64,000 nt of DNA from assembly GCA_943787745.1 (NCBI GenBank), contig CALSNJ010000005.1, positions 14,438 to 78,437 on the forward strand, in the 5' to 3' direction. Under the pieces are notes generated by a model, which saw nothing but the letters and a program-made list of their open reading frames with translations, had not been told where the DNA came from and did no database searches. The translations under genes were made by a program, and so were the position numbers. Origin of the DNA: an uncultured Alphaproteobacteria bacterium. Its GTDB lineage: Bacteria > Pseudomonadota > Alphaproteobacteria > UBA6615. Shown here in pieces: positions 27,143-37,593 of this stretch. How positions within the stretch are numbered: position 1 is the stretch's first letter; every line of letters starts with the position of its first letter.

Positions 27143-27915
27143 ACGAAATTTCGCCGAAACTGTCAGCACTGGTGGTGGCACACAATGAAGAGGCTGATCT
27201 GGATGACTGCCTGACGTCACTGGCCTTTGCCGATGACCTTGTTGTGGTGCTTGATCGCTGCACCGATGGCTCGCTCGATATTGCGCGGCGCCATAACGCG
27301 CGGATCGCGGAGGGGGCCTGGGAGATAGAAGGCGAGCGCCGCAATCTTGGGATCGAGATGTGTGAAGGCAACTGGATTCTTGAGGTTGATGCCGATGAGC
27401 GTGTGAGCCCGTCGCTGGCAGCAGAGGTTCGCGAGACGATCTCGACGTCACCTTTTGGACACTTTCTGATTCCCTATCACAACTATGTTGGAGACCGGCT
27501 AATCGAGTTTGGCTGGGGCCCGGGCTGGGGGGTGAGCGCGACTGTCCGCCTGTTTGCGAAAGACGCAGAACACGGGTCGGCAAAGTCGTGGGGTGATCAG
27601 AGAATTCATCCCGCGCTCGTTCTGAAAGGACCTTTGGGACGATTGAACGAACCGATGATTCATTATGTGGATCGGGACATTTCAGACATGCTCGCGCGGC
27701 TGGATCGATATACGACTGCGCGTGCGCGTGATCTCAGAGCGTCCGGAGATATTGGTAGTTTCCGTCACAACATTCGCCGCATATTTTCGCGGTTCTGGAA
27801 GTGCTATGTCAGGCGCCGAGGGTATCGTGAAGGTCAGTACGGGTTTCTCATCGCGTTGATGGCAGGCCTGTATCCGATCCTGAGTTATCTCAAGGCCAGT
27901 CTCGAGGATAAGTAA
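27139..27915 (+). CDS. glycosyltransferase family 2
   Basis: Motifs LSALVVAHNEEADL and EVDADE (DxD). 4-nt overlap with the GT9 gene. Confidence 0.8.
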   Translation: MNEISPKLSALVVAHNEEADLDDCLTSLAFADDLVVVLDRCTDGSLDIARRHNARIAEGAWEIEGERRNLGIEMCEGNWILEVDADERVSPSLAAEVRETISTSPFGHFLIPYHNYVGDRLIEFGWGPGWGVSATVRLFAKDAEHGSAKSWGDQRIHPALVLKGPLGRLNEPMIHYVDRDISDMLARLDRYTTARARDLRASGDIGSFRHNIRRIFSRFWKCYVRRRGYREGQYGFLIALMAGLYPILSYLKASLEDK

Positions 27916-27920
27916 CCGTA

Positions 27921-28952
27921 GTGCGTTTGTTGCAAACCATGGCCGGGGCGGAAGTTGGGGGTGCCGAAGCCTTCTTCGTTCGACTGGCGATTGCCTTCAA
28001 GAAGACTGGCGTGGATCAGAAGGTCGTTATTCGTCGGGATACGTCACGCGCGCGGGCTTTGCGTGCTGGCGGTGTCGAGCCGGTGGAGTTGCCATTTGGT
28101 GGGCGCATGGATTTTCGAACCCGCCCGGCGCTCCAACGCGAAATTGATCGGCACCGCCCTGATGTCATCCTGAGCTGGATGAGCCGAGCCAGCTGGGCCA
28201 CGCCTGCCGCGCGAAAGCCAAACAACTATAAGCTCATCGCGCGTTTGGGTGGGTACTATGATTTGAAATATTACCGACATTGCGACTACCTGATTGGCAA
28301 CACTCAGGACATTGTCGATCACATTGTCCGTGAAGGTTTTGACCCGGCACGCGCTGTGTATCTGCCAAACTTCGTACATCGTCCGACCACTGAGGTGGTC
28401 TCTCGACTGGGCTTTGACACCCCAATCGATGTCCCGCTTCTGCTTGCGATGGGCCGTCTTCATGAAAACAAAGGCTTTGATGTGCTTCTGCGCGCGATGG
28501 TCGATCTACCTGATCATTGGTTGTGGATTGCCGGAGAGGGCCCTGAAGGGGCGGCACTCTCGAAGCTGGCCGAAGAGCTGGGTGTCGACGGCCGGGTGCG
28601 CTTTTTGGGGTGGCGTGATGATGCCGACGCATTGATGCAGGCCTGCGATCTGTTTGTCTGTTCGTCGCGTCATGAGCCGCTCGGGAATATTGTCCTGGAG
28701 GCCTGGGCTGCCGGGAAGCCCGTCGTTGCTGCATCAGCAGCAGGGCCGGCGGGATTGATCGGCGATGATGAAGCGGGGTTGCTGGTGCCGCTGGAAGACG
28801 CGCGTGCTGTGGCAGATGGGGTTTTGCGCTTGTCCCGTGAGCCCGAGTTGGCCTCGACGCTTGCAGCCGAAGGTTTCGCCCGCTTTGAACGCGACTACAC
28901 AGAGGACGCGGTGGTCGCGAAGTACCTCGCCTTCTTTGAGAGTGTTGGTTAG
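27921..28952 (+). CDS. glycosyltransferase family 4 (GT-B)
   Basis: GTG start. N-terminus GGAEAFFVRLA. C-terminal EPLGNIVLEAWAAGKPVV (EX7E-type motif). Confidence 0.8.
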   Translation: MRLLQTMAGAEVGGAEAFFVRLAIAFKKTGVDQKVVIRRDTSRARALRAGGVEPVELPFGGRMDFRTRPALQREIDRHRPDVILSWMSRASWATPAARKPNNYKLIARLGGYYDLKYYRHCDYLIGNTQDIVDHIVREGFDPARAVYLPNFVHRPTTEVVSRLGFDTPIDVPLLLAMGRLHENKGFDVLLRAMVDLPDHWLWIAGEGPEGAALSKLAEELGVDGRVRFLGWRDDADALMQACDLFVCSSRHEPLGNIVLEAWAAGKPVVAASAAGPAGLIGDDEAGLLVPLEDARAVADGVLRLSREPELASTLAAEGFARFERDYTEDAVVAKYLAFFESVG

Positions 28953-28954
28953 CC

Positions 28955-30730
28955 ATGTGCGGGATTGCAGGACTGATGGCCGTGGGGGGCGCGGAAGCTG
29001 ATTCCGACACACTCGATCGGCTGATCGCAGCACTTCGTCATCGTGGACCGGATGGTGAAGGTTCTTATGCCGCACGTAATGTCGCGCTTGGCCAAACACG
29101 GCTCGCCATTATCGACCTCGAAACTGGTAATCAGCCGCTATATGAACCGGGCGGAGCCGTGCTGGTCGCGAACGGTGAAATTTACAACTACCTCGAGCTC
29201 CGTGACGAACTTGGAACGGATGGGTTCGCCACCCGTTCGGACTGTGAGCCGCCGCTGCATCTGTACCGGCGCTATGGACTGGATTTTGTCGATCATCTGC
29301 GGGGCATGTACGCCATCGCCCTTTATGACCCGATCGAAGGTCAACTCGTTCTGTCCCGTGATCCGTTCGGTATAAAGCCGCTATATTACGCGCAGACAAG
29401 CGCCGGGTTCGCGTTTGCATCTGAACCTCAGGCCCTGATCGAAGCCGGTTTGGTGACGCCCGAAGTCAATGCTGAGGAACGCCTCGAGCTTTTCCAGTTG
29501 CAGTTCACAACTGGTGCTTCGACGATCTTCAAGGGCATCAACCGTGTCTTGCCAGGTGAGTCGGTGGTTGTCCGGGATGGCCGTATCGTAGCGCGCCGAC
29601 GTCGGGTCGCCTTGCCAGCTGAAGGCGAGGCACCGTGGTCTGAAGCCGAGGCCCTGGAACGGCTGGACGCTGCGCTTCGAAATAGCGTGGAGGTGCATCA
29701 GCGTTCTGATGTTCCCTACGGCATGTTCCTGTCCGGCGGCGTCGACAGTTCGGTGCTGCTGGCGCTGATGGCAGAACTGAACGATCAGCCGGTTCACGCG
29801 TTTACAGCTGGTTTTCTCGGGACCTCCGTCGGGGATGAACGCGACCATGCGCGCGCGGTTGCCAAGGTGGCGGGCGCGCAAACTGTTGATATCGCGATCA
29901 GCGCAGATGATTTCTGGCGCGACTTGCCGCGCATCGCGGGGGCCATGGATGACCCGACGGCTGACTATGCCATCGTGCCGACGTTCCTTCTGGCAGAAGC
30001 AGTCCGTCGGGAAGGGCTCAAAGTTGTTCTGACGGGCGAAGGCGGGGACGAACTCTTTGCAGGTTACGGCCGCTATCGAAGTGCGACCCGTCCCTGGTGG
30101 CAAGGCGGGCGTGCCATGCGTTCGCGCGGTGTATTCGACGGTCTGGGTGTTTTGCGTGAAACACCCACCGGCTGGCGGGATGGTTTCACCGCTGTCGAGC
30201 AAACGGTCGATACCGGTGCCATGACTCGTCTGCAAGTCGCACAGGCGACCGATTGCGCCGATTGGCTGCCCAATGATCTGTTGCTGAAGGTCGACCGTTG
30301 TCTCATGGCCAATGGCGTTGAAGGGCGCACGCCTTTTCTGGATTCAGAAGTCGCTTCGGTTGCCTTCCGGTTACCCGATGCGCTCAAGATTCAGGACGGG
30401 CGTGGCAAGTGGCTCTTACGGCGCTGGCTTGATAATGCGATGCCGGAAGCCCGTCCTTTTGATCGGAAACGTGGCTTCAGCGTGCCGGTGGCAGAGTGGA
30501 TCGAAGCCGCTCCGCCAGAGATCGGCGCCTTGGTGGCGCGTCAGCCGGGTGTGGCCGAAATGTGCGAGCCGCGCGCGGTCGAGTCTCTCTTTGCCAAGAA
30601 GGGCAAACGTCAGGGTTTTGCGGCATGGCTGCTGTTGTTTTACGCGCTTTGGCACAATCATCATGTGCTTGGCCTCCATGATGTGGAAAATGTCCGCGAT
30701 GCGCTTGAAACCGGGCGAAAGGCTGCCTGA
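28955..30730 (+). CDS. asparagine synthase (glutamine-hydrolysing) family amidotransferase
   Basis: MCGIAG N-terminal nucleophile and SGGVDSS PP-loop. The polysaccharide context suggests a WbpS-like amidation role. Confidence 0.85.
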   Translation: MCGIAGLMAVGGAEADSDTLDRLIAALRHRGPDGEGSYAARNVALGQTRLAIIDLETGNQPLYEPGGAVLVANGEIYNYLELRDELGTDGFATRSDCEPPLHLYRRYGLDFVDHLRGMYAIALYDPIEGQLVLSRDPFGIKPLYYAQTSAGFAFASEPQALIEAGLVTPEVNAEERLELFQLQFTTGASTIFKGINRVLPGESVVVRDGRIVARRRRVALPAEGEAPWSEAEALERLDAALRNSVEVHQRSDVPYGMFLSGGVDSSVLLALMAELNDQPVHAFTAGFLGTSVGDERDHARAVAKVAGAQTVDIAISADDFWRDLPRIAGAMDDPTADYAIVPTFLLAEAVRREGLKVVLTGEGGDELFAGYGRYRSATRPWWQGGRAMRSRGVFDGLGVLRETPTGWRDGFTAVEQTVDTGAMTRLQVAQATDCADWLPNDLLLKVDRCLMANGVEGRTPFLDSEVASVAFRLPDALKIQDGRGKWLLRRWLDNAMPEARPFDRKRGFSVPVAEWIEAAPPEIGALVARQPGVAEMCEPRAVESLFAKKGKRQGFAAWLLLFYALWHNHHVLGLHDVENVRDALETGRKAA

Positions 30731-30907
30731 CCATCGTCCTGTGTGCGACTGGCATCAGCCAGGCTATTTTCTGCGTGTCTCGCAGGACGAGCCAAGCCGT
30801 CTGCACGGCTGACTTTGTGTGCCAGAAATCCTATATTCCGATTATAAATTGTGCGCTGCACATATTGGGGAACAAGGCCCGAGCGGCCTGCCAGAAGGAG
30901 AATTGCC

Positions 30908-32068
30908 ATGACAGCCTGTATCGTCGGTTGGGACCACCTTAAGTTCGGAAAGCGCGAAGGCGAAGATATTGAGGACATGATTGTCAGTGTGGCGACCGGT
31001 GCCATGCGTGATGCTGGTGTTGAGCCCAAGGACGTGGATGCGATTTATCTCGGGACCTTCGGTGGTGGATTCGTCCGTCAGGAATTCCCGGCCTCACTGG
31101 TGCTGCAGGCCCATGATGATCTGCGCTTTAAACCTTCGACCCATGTTGAGAATGCGTGTGCCACAGGGTCGGCTGCGATCTATCAGGGAATCAACCATAT
31201 CGCTGCCAAACGTGGCCGCATTGTGCTCGTGGTTGGGGTCGAAAAAATGACCGAGGTCGGTGGTGAAGTGCTTGGCGGTATTCTTTCCAAGGCTTCCTAT
31301 CTGCGCGAAGAATCAGCCTCCAGTTTTGCCGAGATTTTTGGCCAGATCACGGATGCCTATTTCCAGAAATACGGCGATAAGTCTGACGCGCTGGCAATGA
31401 TCGCAGCCAAGAACCACAAGAACGGCTGTGACAATCCCTATGCGCAGATGCAGAAGGATCTCGGCTATGAGTTCTGCCGCAACGTATCGGACAAGAACCC
31501 GTTCGTGGCGGGTCCGCTCAAACGCACGGATTGCTCGCTTGTGTCTGATGGGGCAGCCGCCATCGTTCTCAGCGATGTCGATACGGCCTTGAAGATGGAC
31601 AAGGCCGTTTACTTCCGCGCCGCTCAGCATGTGCAGGATTACCTCCCGATGTCGCGCCGCACGGTGATTGATTTTGAGGGACCGGCTGAGGCGTTCTCGC
31701 GGGCCTTTGCCGAGGCGGGTATCTCGGTTGGCGATCTCGGTTTTGCCGAAGTGCATGACTGCTTCACCAGTGCCGAATTGCTGTCCTATGAGGCCATGGG
31801 GCTGACGGCGAAGGGAGAGGGTGAGACGGCGATCAAGGAAGGTTGGGTCTATGCCGACGGCAAGCTGCCGGTGAACCGTTCGGGTGGTCTGAAGTCCAAA
31901 GGGCATCCGCTGGGCGCAACCGGTCTTTCGATGCACGCGATTGCTTCGATGCAGCTGACCGGAACTGCTGGTGATCTCCAGCTCGACAGCCCGAAACTGG
32001 GCGCCGTATTCAACATGGGTGGCTCGGCCGTTTCCAGCTATGTCTCGATCCTCGAGCCATTGCGCTAG
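30908..32068 (+). CDS. thiolase-domain protein (SCP-x/archaeal-type thiolase)
   Basis: ATG at 30908 with an AGAAGGAG ribosome-binding site. Motifs VENACATGSAA, HDCFT and GHPLGATG. Confidence 0.8.
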   Translation: MTACIVGWDHLKFGKREGEDIEDMIVSVATGAMRDAGVEPKDVDAIYLGTFGGGFVRQEFPASLVLQAHDDLRFKPSTHVENACATGSAAIYQGINHIAAKRGRIVLVVGVEKMTEVGGEVLGGILSKASYLREESASSFAEIFGQITDAYFQKYGDKSDALAMIAAKNHKNGCDNPYAQMQKDLGYEFCRNVSDKNPFVAGPLKRTDCSLVSDGAAAIVLSDVDTALKMDKAVYFRAAQHVQDYLPMSRRTVIDFEGPAEAFSRAFAEAGISVGDLGFAEVHDCFTSAELLSYEAMGLTAKGEGETAIKEGWVYADGKLPVNRSGGLKSKGHPLGATGLSMHAIASMQLTGTAGDLQLDSPKLGAVFNMGGSAVSSYVSILEPLR

Positions 32069-32139
32069 AATAATTTTCCGGCGCGACCGCATGTCTTCGG
32101 GCAGGCGGTCGCGCCGTTTCTTTTTTGGAGGATGAGTCT

Positions 32140-33138
32140 ATGGGTGAAACCTTTAAGGCGCTGGTCCTTGATCAGGTCGATGATGCGTTTTCGGCCGAGT
32201 TTCGAGATGTTGCGGTCGACGATTTGCCTGAAGGTGACGTCACGGTTGCTATCGAATATTCGACCATCAACTACAAGGATGGCCTCGTCATCAACGGCAA
32301 TGTTGGTCGTCTGGTGCGTGAATTTCCTCATATTCCCGGCATCGACTTTGCGGGAACCGTCGAAGCGTCGGATTCCGATGCTTTCAAGCCCGGGGACAAG
32401 GTTGTTCTGACCGGCTGGCGCGTTGGCGAAGTGCATTGGGGTGGGCTCGGGCAGAAGGCCCGGGTCAAGGCGGACTGGCTGGTGCCGTTGCCTGAAAAAC
32501 TCTCACCGAAACAGGCGATGGCAGTTGGCACCGCCGGGTTCACCTCGATGCTGTGTGTCGATGCGCTCGAAGCCCATGGTCTGGTTCCCGGGAATGGTGA
32601 GGTCCTGGTGACCGGTGGCGCCGGTGGTGTGGGCAGTGTGGCGATCGCAATTCTCGCGCAGCGTGGGTACGACGTCGTCACATCCACGGGCCGACGGGCC
32701 GAAGACGGATTTCTCAAAGACCTGGGTGCGGCCGAAATCATCGACCGCGCCGATCTGTCGGAAGCCGATTCGCGCCCGCTTGAGCGCGAACGTTGGGCCG
32801 GATGCGTGGACACCGTCGCAGGAAAAACACTTTCGACGGTCCTCGCGCAAATGAAGTATGGCGGCTCGGTTGCGGCCTGCGGTCTGGCCGGAGGCAATAC
32901 TCTTGAGACCACCGTGCTGCCGTTCCTCTTGCGGGGTGTGAATATTCTCGGGATCGATTCTGTCATGCAGCCCGCTGAAAACCGCACGCGCATCTGGCAG
33001 CGTATTGCCGATGATTTGCCGTTGGAGAAGCTTGATGCGCTCACCAATGTCATATCTCTCAATGATGTCCCGGATGTGGCCAGTGCCATCCTGAAAGGTC
33101 AGGTTCGCGGTCGAACAGTGGTGAATGTCAACGCCTGA
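32140..33138 (+). CDS. YhdH/AcuI-family NADPH:quinone/acrylyl-CoA reductase (MDR superfamily)
   Basis: ATG at 32140 with a GGAGG ribosome-binding site. Motifs YSTINYKDGL and VTGGAGGVGS. Confidence 0.8.
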   Translation: MGETFKALVLDQVDDAFSAEFRDVAVDDLPEGDVTVAIEYSTINYKDGLVINGNVGRLVREFPHIPGIDFAGTVEASDSDAFKPGDKVVLTGWRVGEVHWGGLGQKARVKADWLVPLPEKLSPKQAMAVGTAGFTSMLCVDALEAHGLVPGNGEVLVTGGAGGVGSVAIAILAQRGYDVVTSTGRRAEDGFLKDLGAAEIIDRADLSEADSRPLERERWAGCVDTVAGKTLSTVLAQMKYGGSVAACGLAGGNTLETTVLPFLLRGVNILGIDSVMQPAENRTRIWQRIADDLPLEKLDALTNVISLNDVPDVASAILKGQVRGRTVVNVNA

Positions 33139-33340
33139 CGCTATTCCCGTCATCAACGCTCTCTTAACCCGGCGGTGATAAAACCCCGGTTCGGTCGGGA
33201 GAGCGAGATATGCGTGACGTTCGAATGAACGCTTCAAAATGGATGCTGGTGGCTGTCTGACGTCAGCGCCTATGGAACAAACTAGCCGGATTTCATAAGG
33301 GAGGATTTCTGGCTCATCGTAGTGACCGAAGGGAACGAAG

Positions 33341-33716
33341 ATGAGACAGAAATCGCAGACCCGCCAGACGGGTGCCGCCAAGGCGATCAAGGACATCCGC
33401 CGGGCAACGCGCAAGCAATATTCTGCTGAAGAGAAGATCCGCATTGTGCTGGACGGATTGCGTGGTGAAGAAACGATCGCGGAGCTTATGCCGCCGGGAA
33501 GGCATTGCGCAGAGCATTTATTACAAGTGGTCGAAAGAGTTTCTTGAAGCTGGCAAGCGTCGACTTGCGGGTGATACGGCTCGTGCGGCTTCTACGGGCG
33601 AGGTTCAAGCCCTTCGCCGTGAAGCACGTGATTTGAAGGAGGTTGTTGCTGAGCAGACCCTGGAGCTCAGGTTGCTTAAAAAAAGCATGACCGCGGATGG
33701 GGGAGACGACGAATGA
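33341..33716 (+). pseudogene. IS3-family transposase OrfA, frameshifted near 33487
   Basis: ...EEKIRIVLDGLRGEETIAEL switches frame to CRREGIAQSIYYKWSKEFLEAGKRRL. An extra base is evident in gag ctt a tgc cgc cgg. Confidence 0.75.
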
Positions 33717-34695
33717 GATACCCCGCATCTGAGAAACTTGAGATCATCCGCCTTGTCGAGCAGTCTCACCTGCCCATCAAGCAGACGCTGGACAAGCTAG
33801 GTATCCCCCGCACCACGTTTTATCGCTGGTATGACCGCTATCAGCTTGGTGGTCCGGAGGCCCTGGAAGATCAATCGCCCAGGCCATCGCGGGTCCGGAA
33901 CCGCATTCCTGATGACGTTCGCCGGCGGATCGTTGCCCTGGCCCTGGATGTGCCGGAACTGTCTCCTCGCGAACTGGCAGTACGCTTCACTGATACAGAA
34001 AGCTACTTTGTCTCAGAGGCTTCCGTCTATCGCCTGCTTAAATCCCTTGATCTGATTACCAGCCGTGCATTCATCGTCATCAAGGCGGCTGATGAGTTCA
34101 AGGAAAAGACGACGGCGATCAATCAACTGTGGCAGACCGACTTCACCTATCTGAAGGTCATCGGCTGGGGCTGGATGTACTTATCGACGATCCTTGATGA
34201 TTACTCGCGCTATATCATTGCCTGGAAGCTGTGCACGACCATGAAGACCAGCGATGTGACCGAGACGCTGAACCTCGCCTTGCAGGCATCAGGACTGTGA
34301 TCAGGCCCATGTCGTGCACAAGCCGAGACTGTTATCGGACAATGGCTCCAGCTACGTCTCTGGTGAGCTGGCGGAATGGCTGGATGACAAGAAAATGGGA
34401 GCACGTCAGGGGTGCACCGTATCATCCGCAAACTCAGGGCAAGATCGAACGATGGCATCAGACCCTGAAGAACCGCATCCTGCTGGAGAACTACTTCTTC
34501 CCGGCAGATCTTGAGGCGCAGATCGAGGCGTTCGTCGATCATTACAACCATCAACGCTACCACGAGAGCATCAACAACCTCACCCCTGCAGACGTCTACT
34601 TCGGGCGGGGCCAAGCCATTTTAAAACAACGGGAAAGGATCAAACGGAAAACGATGGAGACCCGGCGCTTGCAATACCGCAAATACGCCGCTTAA
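33713..34695 (+). pseudogene. IS3-family transposase OrfB (rve/DDE), two frameshifts near 34298 and 34400
   Basis: The ATG overlaps the orfA stop (ATGA). ...LQASGL / DQAHVVHKPRLLSDNGSSY / ...HVRGAPYHPQTQGKIERWH lie in three successive +1 frames. Confidence 0.75.
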
Positions 34696-34795
34696 TATCT
34701 TGAACCAGATGAGCCAGATCCTCCCTTAGATCAGGCCGCTAGTTGTTCCAATTTATATGACGACGGACACTCTCCGTTCCGCTGGGAGGGCTGAG

Positions 34796-35848
34796 ATGCG
34801 CGCGCTTGTCACGGGCGGCGCCGGGTTCATTGGCTCAGCGCTGGTGCGCGCCTTGGCCAAGAATGGCGTTCCCGTGGCCTGCCTCGACGCGCTCACCTAT
34901 GCCGGAAACCGGGAAAACTTGTCTGAGATATCGGAAATGCCGGATTTTGAGCTTCTGGAGGCTGATATTCGTGACGTTGCGGCTGTCGGAAACCTGCTGC
35001 GAGCGTTTCGGCCAACCGTTGTTTTTCATCTGGCCGCAGAGACCCATGTGGACCGTTCGATCGATGACCCCGCGCGCAGCTTTGAAACCAATATCGTCGG
35101 AACTTATGCTCTCCTGTCCGAAGTCACGGCCTTTTGGCGCACTCTGAATGATGCCGAGGCTGAAGAATTTCGCTACCTTCAGGTTTCGACAGATGAGGTG
35201 TTTGGCAGTGCGGGTGCCAATGAGGACTTTGTTGAAAGCACCCGTTACGCTCCCAATTCGCCTTATGCAGCTAGCAAAGCATCTGCCGACTATCTGGTGC
35301 GAACATGGGCGATGGCTTTTGGTCTGCCTGTTCTGATCGGTCACGGGGCAAACACCTACGGTCCCTATCAGTTCCCGGAGAAATTGATTCCGCTCATGAC
35401 GCTCAACGCAATTGAGGGCCGGAATTTGCCAATATATGGCGACGGCACGCAGGTGCGGGACTGGATACACGTCGATGATCATGTCGCTGGTTTGCGCGCG
35501 ATTGCTGAACGCGGCCAGGTCGGGGAGAGCTACATCGTAAGTGCACGCAACCCATTGACCAATCTGGACGTTGTTCGCGGGGTCTGCCAAGCGCTTGATG
35601 CGATAGGTGATGCGGATGTTGATCACGCGGAACTGATTGAACATGTGGCTGACCGCCCGGCGCATGACCAACGTTATGTTTCAGACCCGATAAAGATTGA
35701 GAGTGAGCTCGACTGGCACCCGACTGTTTCGTTCCAGGAAGGCCTTGTGCGAACCGTGACATGGTATCTTGAGAACACGGATTGGTGGGAACAAACCCGC
35801 GACCGCTATGACCGTATACGTCTTGGTCTGGGGCAGGCAGCACAATGA
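34796..35848 (+). CDS. rfbB: dTDP-glucose 4,6-dehydratase
   Basis: ATG at 34796 (MRALVTGGAGFIGSALV). Motifs YAASKASADYLV (YxxxK) and DQRY. Confidence 0.9.
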   Translation: MRALVTGGAGFIGSALVRALAKNGVPVACLDALTYAGNRENLSEISEMPDFELLEADIRDVAAVGNLLRAFRPTVVFHLAAETHVDRSIDDPARSFETNIVGTYALLSEVTAFWRTLNDAEAEEFRYLQVSTDEVFGSAGANEDFVESTRYAPNSPYAASKASADYLVRTWAMAFGLPVLIGHGANTYGPYQFPEKLIPLMTLNAIEGRNLPIYGDGTQVRDWIHVDDHVAGLRAIAERGQVGESYIVSARNPLTNLDVVRGVCQALDAIGDADVDHAELIEHVADRPAHDQRYVSDPIKIESELDWHPTVSFQEGLVRTVTWYLENTDWWEQTRDRYDRIRLGLGQAAQ

Positions 35849-36714
35849 AGGGAATTATTCTGGCAGGCGGGCGTGGTGAGCGCCTGTTTCCGATCACCCG
35901 GGCGATCAGCAAGCAATTGCTGCCGGTCTATGACAAGCCGATGGTGTTCTATCCACTGTGTTCTCTGATGCGCTGTGGGATCCGGGAGGTTCTGATTATC
36001 ACCCGTCCGGATGAAGTGGAGAGGTTCCGCGAACTGCTCTCCGACGGAACCCAATGGGGGATGGAAATATCATACGCGGCACAGAGCGCGCCCGGCGGTA
36101 TTGCCGAAGCGCCCCTGATCGCTGCGGATTTCCTGGGTGAAGAACCCTTCGCGCTCGCGCTGGGTGACAATATCTTCTGTGGCATCGAATTCGATTCATG
36201 CCTTGATAGGGCGGTCGCAGAACACGACGGCGCGACAGTGTTCGTCAAACAGGTCGAACATCCGGAACGCTACGGTGTTATTTCGTTTGATGGGGACGGC
36301 GTACCGCAGAAGATTGTTGAAAAACCGACCGAGCCAGCCTCGCCCTTTGCGGTCACCGGTCTCTATCTCTATGACAATGCCGCTATTGCGATGGCACGCG
36401 CGCTCAAGCCATCTGTGCGCGGAGAAATTGAGATTACCGAGATCAATGATCAGTATCTTCGGCAGAGCCGTCTCTCGGTCGTGCAGCTTCCCGACAGTGT
36501 GTCATGGCTCGATATGGGGACACCGCAGGGTTTGCTTGAGGCGAGCCGGCTTGTCGAAGCCGAGCAGCGGACACCTGGTGTGCGGATTGGTGTTCCTGAA
36601 CAGGTGGCATTGCGCAGCGGTTGGATTGACTCCGAAGCCGCCATGCGCATCGCGGCTTCTTATGGCGACAACGATTATGGGCGCTACCTACGTCAACTCG
36701 TGGAGAGCGGTTAA
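35845..36714 (+). CDS. rfbA: glucose-1-phosphate thymidylyltransferase
   Basis: MKGIILAGGRGERLFPIT. 4-nt overlap with rfbB. Confidence 0.9.
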   Translation: MKGIILAGGRGERLFPITRAISKQLLPVYDKPMVFYPLCSLMRCGIREVLIITRPDEVERFRELLSDGTQWGMEISYAAQSAPGGIAEAPLIAADFLGEEPFALALGDNIFCGIEFDSCLDRAVAEHDGATVFVKQVEHPERYGVISFDGDGVPQKIVEKPTEPASPFAVTGLYLYDNAAIAMARALKPSVRGEIEITEINDQYLRQSRLSVVQLPDSVSWLDMGTPQGLLEASRLVEAEQRTPGVRIGVPEQVALRSGWIDSEAAMRIAASYGDNDYGRYLRQLVESG

Positions 36715-36717
36715 GCC

Positions 36718-37593
36718 ATGACTGCGCCGTTTTTGCTTATAGGCGCCACTGGTCAGATCGGTCGCAACATCCTGCGGCACACAGGAGATCGCCCCGTTGT
36801 GGCGCTCGCGCGTCGCGCTGAAGATGTGTCTGCTGGGCCTCAAACCTCCGTGGTTCGATGTGATCTGGCTGAATCCTTGCCAGATATCGCTGAGGGTTGG
36901 CCATTGGAGGCGCTGGCCACGACCCCTGTCTGGGCGTTGGTGCCGCATTTTGACAGTCTTGCGGATCGTGGTGTCCGGCGAATCGTCTGTTTCAGCACCA
37001 CATCGATTTTCGGAAAATCCGGCACACGCAACGCTCGCGAAAGGGGGGCGGTTGATCGTATTGCCGAAGCAGAACGTGTTCTCCAGCTGCGCGCTGTTGA
37101 GCGCGGCGTTGGGCTTACAATCCTGCGCCCAACGCTGATTTATGGTGAGGGACAGGATAAGACGATTTCTGCCGCCGGCCGATTCATTGCGCGGTTCGGC
37201 GTCTACCCGGTCTATGGAGAGGCTATGGGAAAACGACAGCCGGTCCATGCCGATGATCTGGCCGCAGCTGCTCTTCTGGCGTTGGCCGATGAAACAACGA
37301 TTGGTCGGACCTACGCTTTGGGCGGTGCAGATATCTTGACCTATCGCGATATGGTGGAACGGATTTTTGCAACGCTCGAAAAGCCATCCCGGATACTGCG
37401 TGTGCCAATGTTGCCGGCAATTCTGGACGTTGCGGGACGCGTGACGCCGGGAAGCGAACTGACGGGCGATGTTGCACGCCGGATGAACCTCGATCTCGAT
37501 TTTGATGACGGAACGGCCGCGCGAGAGTTCGGCTATAAGCCGCGACCCTTTTTGCAGGGCGGCAAAGCGGACCTTATGGGGTCGTCCTTCTAG
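36718..37593 (+). CDS. NAD(P)-dependent SDR-family oxidoreductase (candidate sugar 4-ketoreductase)
   Basis: GATGQIG dinucleotide motif. It is the last gene of the rfbBA operon. It is not a typical RfbD sequence. Confidence 0.6.
   Translation: MTAPFLLIGATGQIGRNILRHTGDRPVVALARRAEDVSAGPQTSVVRCDLAESLPDIAEGWPLEALATTPVWALVPHFDSLADRGVRRIVCFSTTSIFGKSGTRNARERGAVDRIAEAERVLQLRAVERGVGLTILRPTLIYGEGQDKTISAAGRFIARFGVYPVYGEAMGKRQPVHADDLAAAALLALADETTIGRTYALGGADILTYRDMVERIFATLEKPSRILRVPMLPAILDVAGRVTPGSELTGDVARRMNLDLDFDDGTAAREFGYKPRPFLQGGKADLMGSSF

Larger units (their letters stand above)
33273..34750 (+). mobile_element. IS3-family insertion sequence, decayed (three frame disruptions)
   Basis: Terminal inverted repeats of about 45 bp: tggaacaaactagccgga...ggctcatc at 33273 onward, and its imperfect reverse complement ending ...ctagttgttcca at 34750. 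orfA and orfB carry single-base insertions. Confidence 0.8.
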
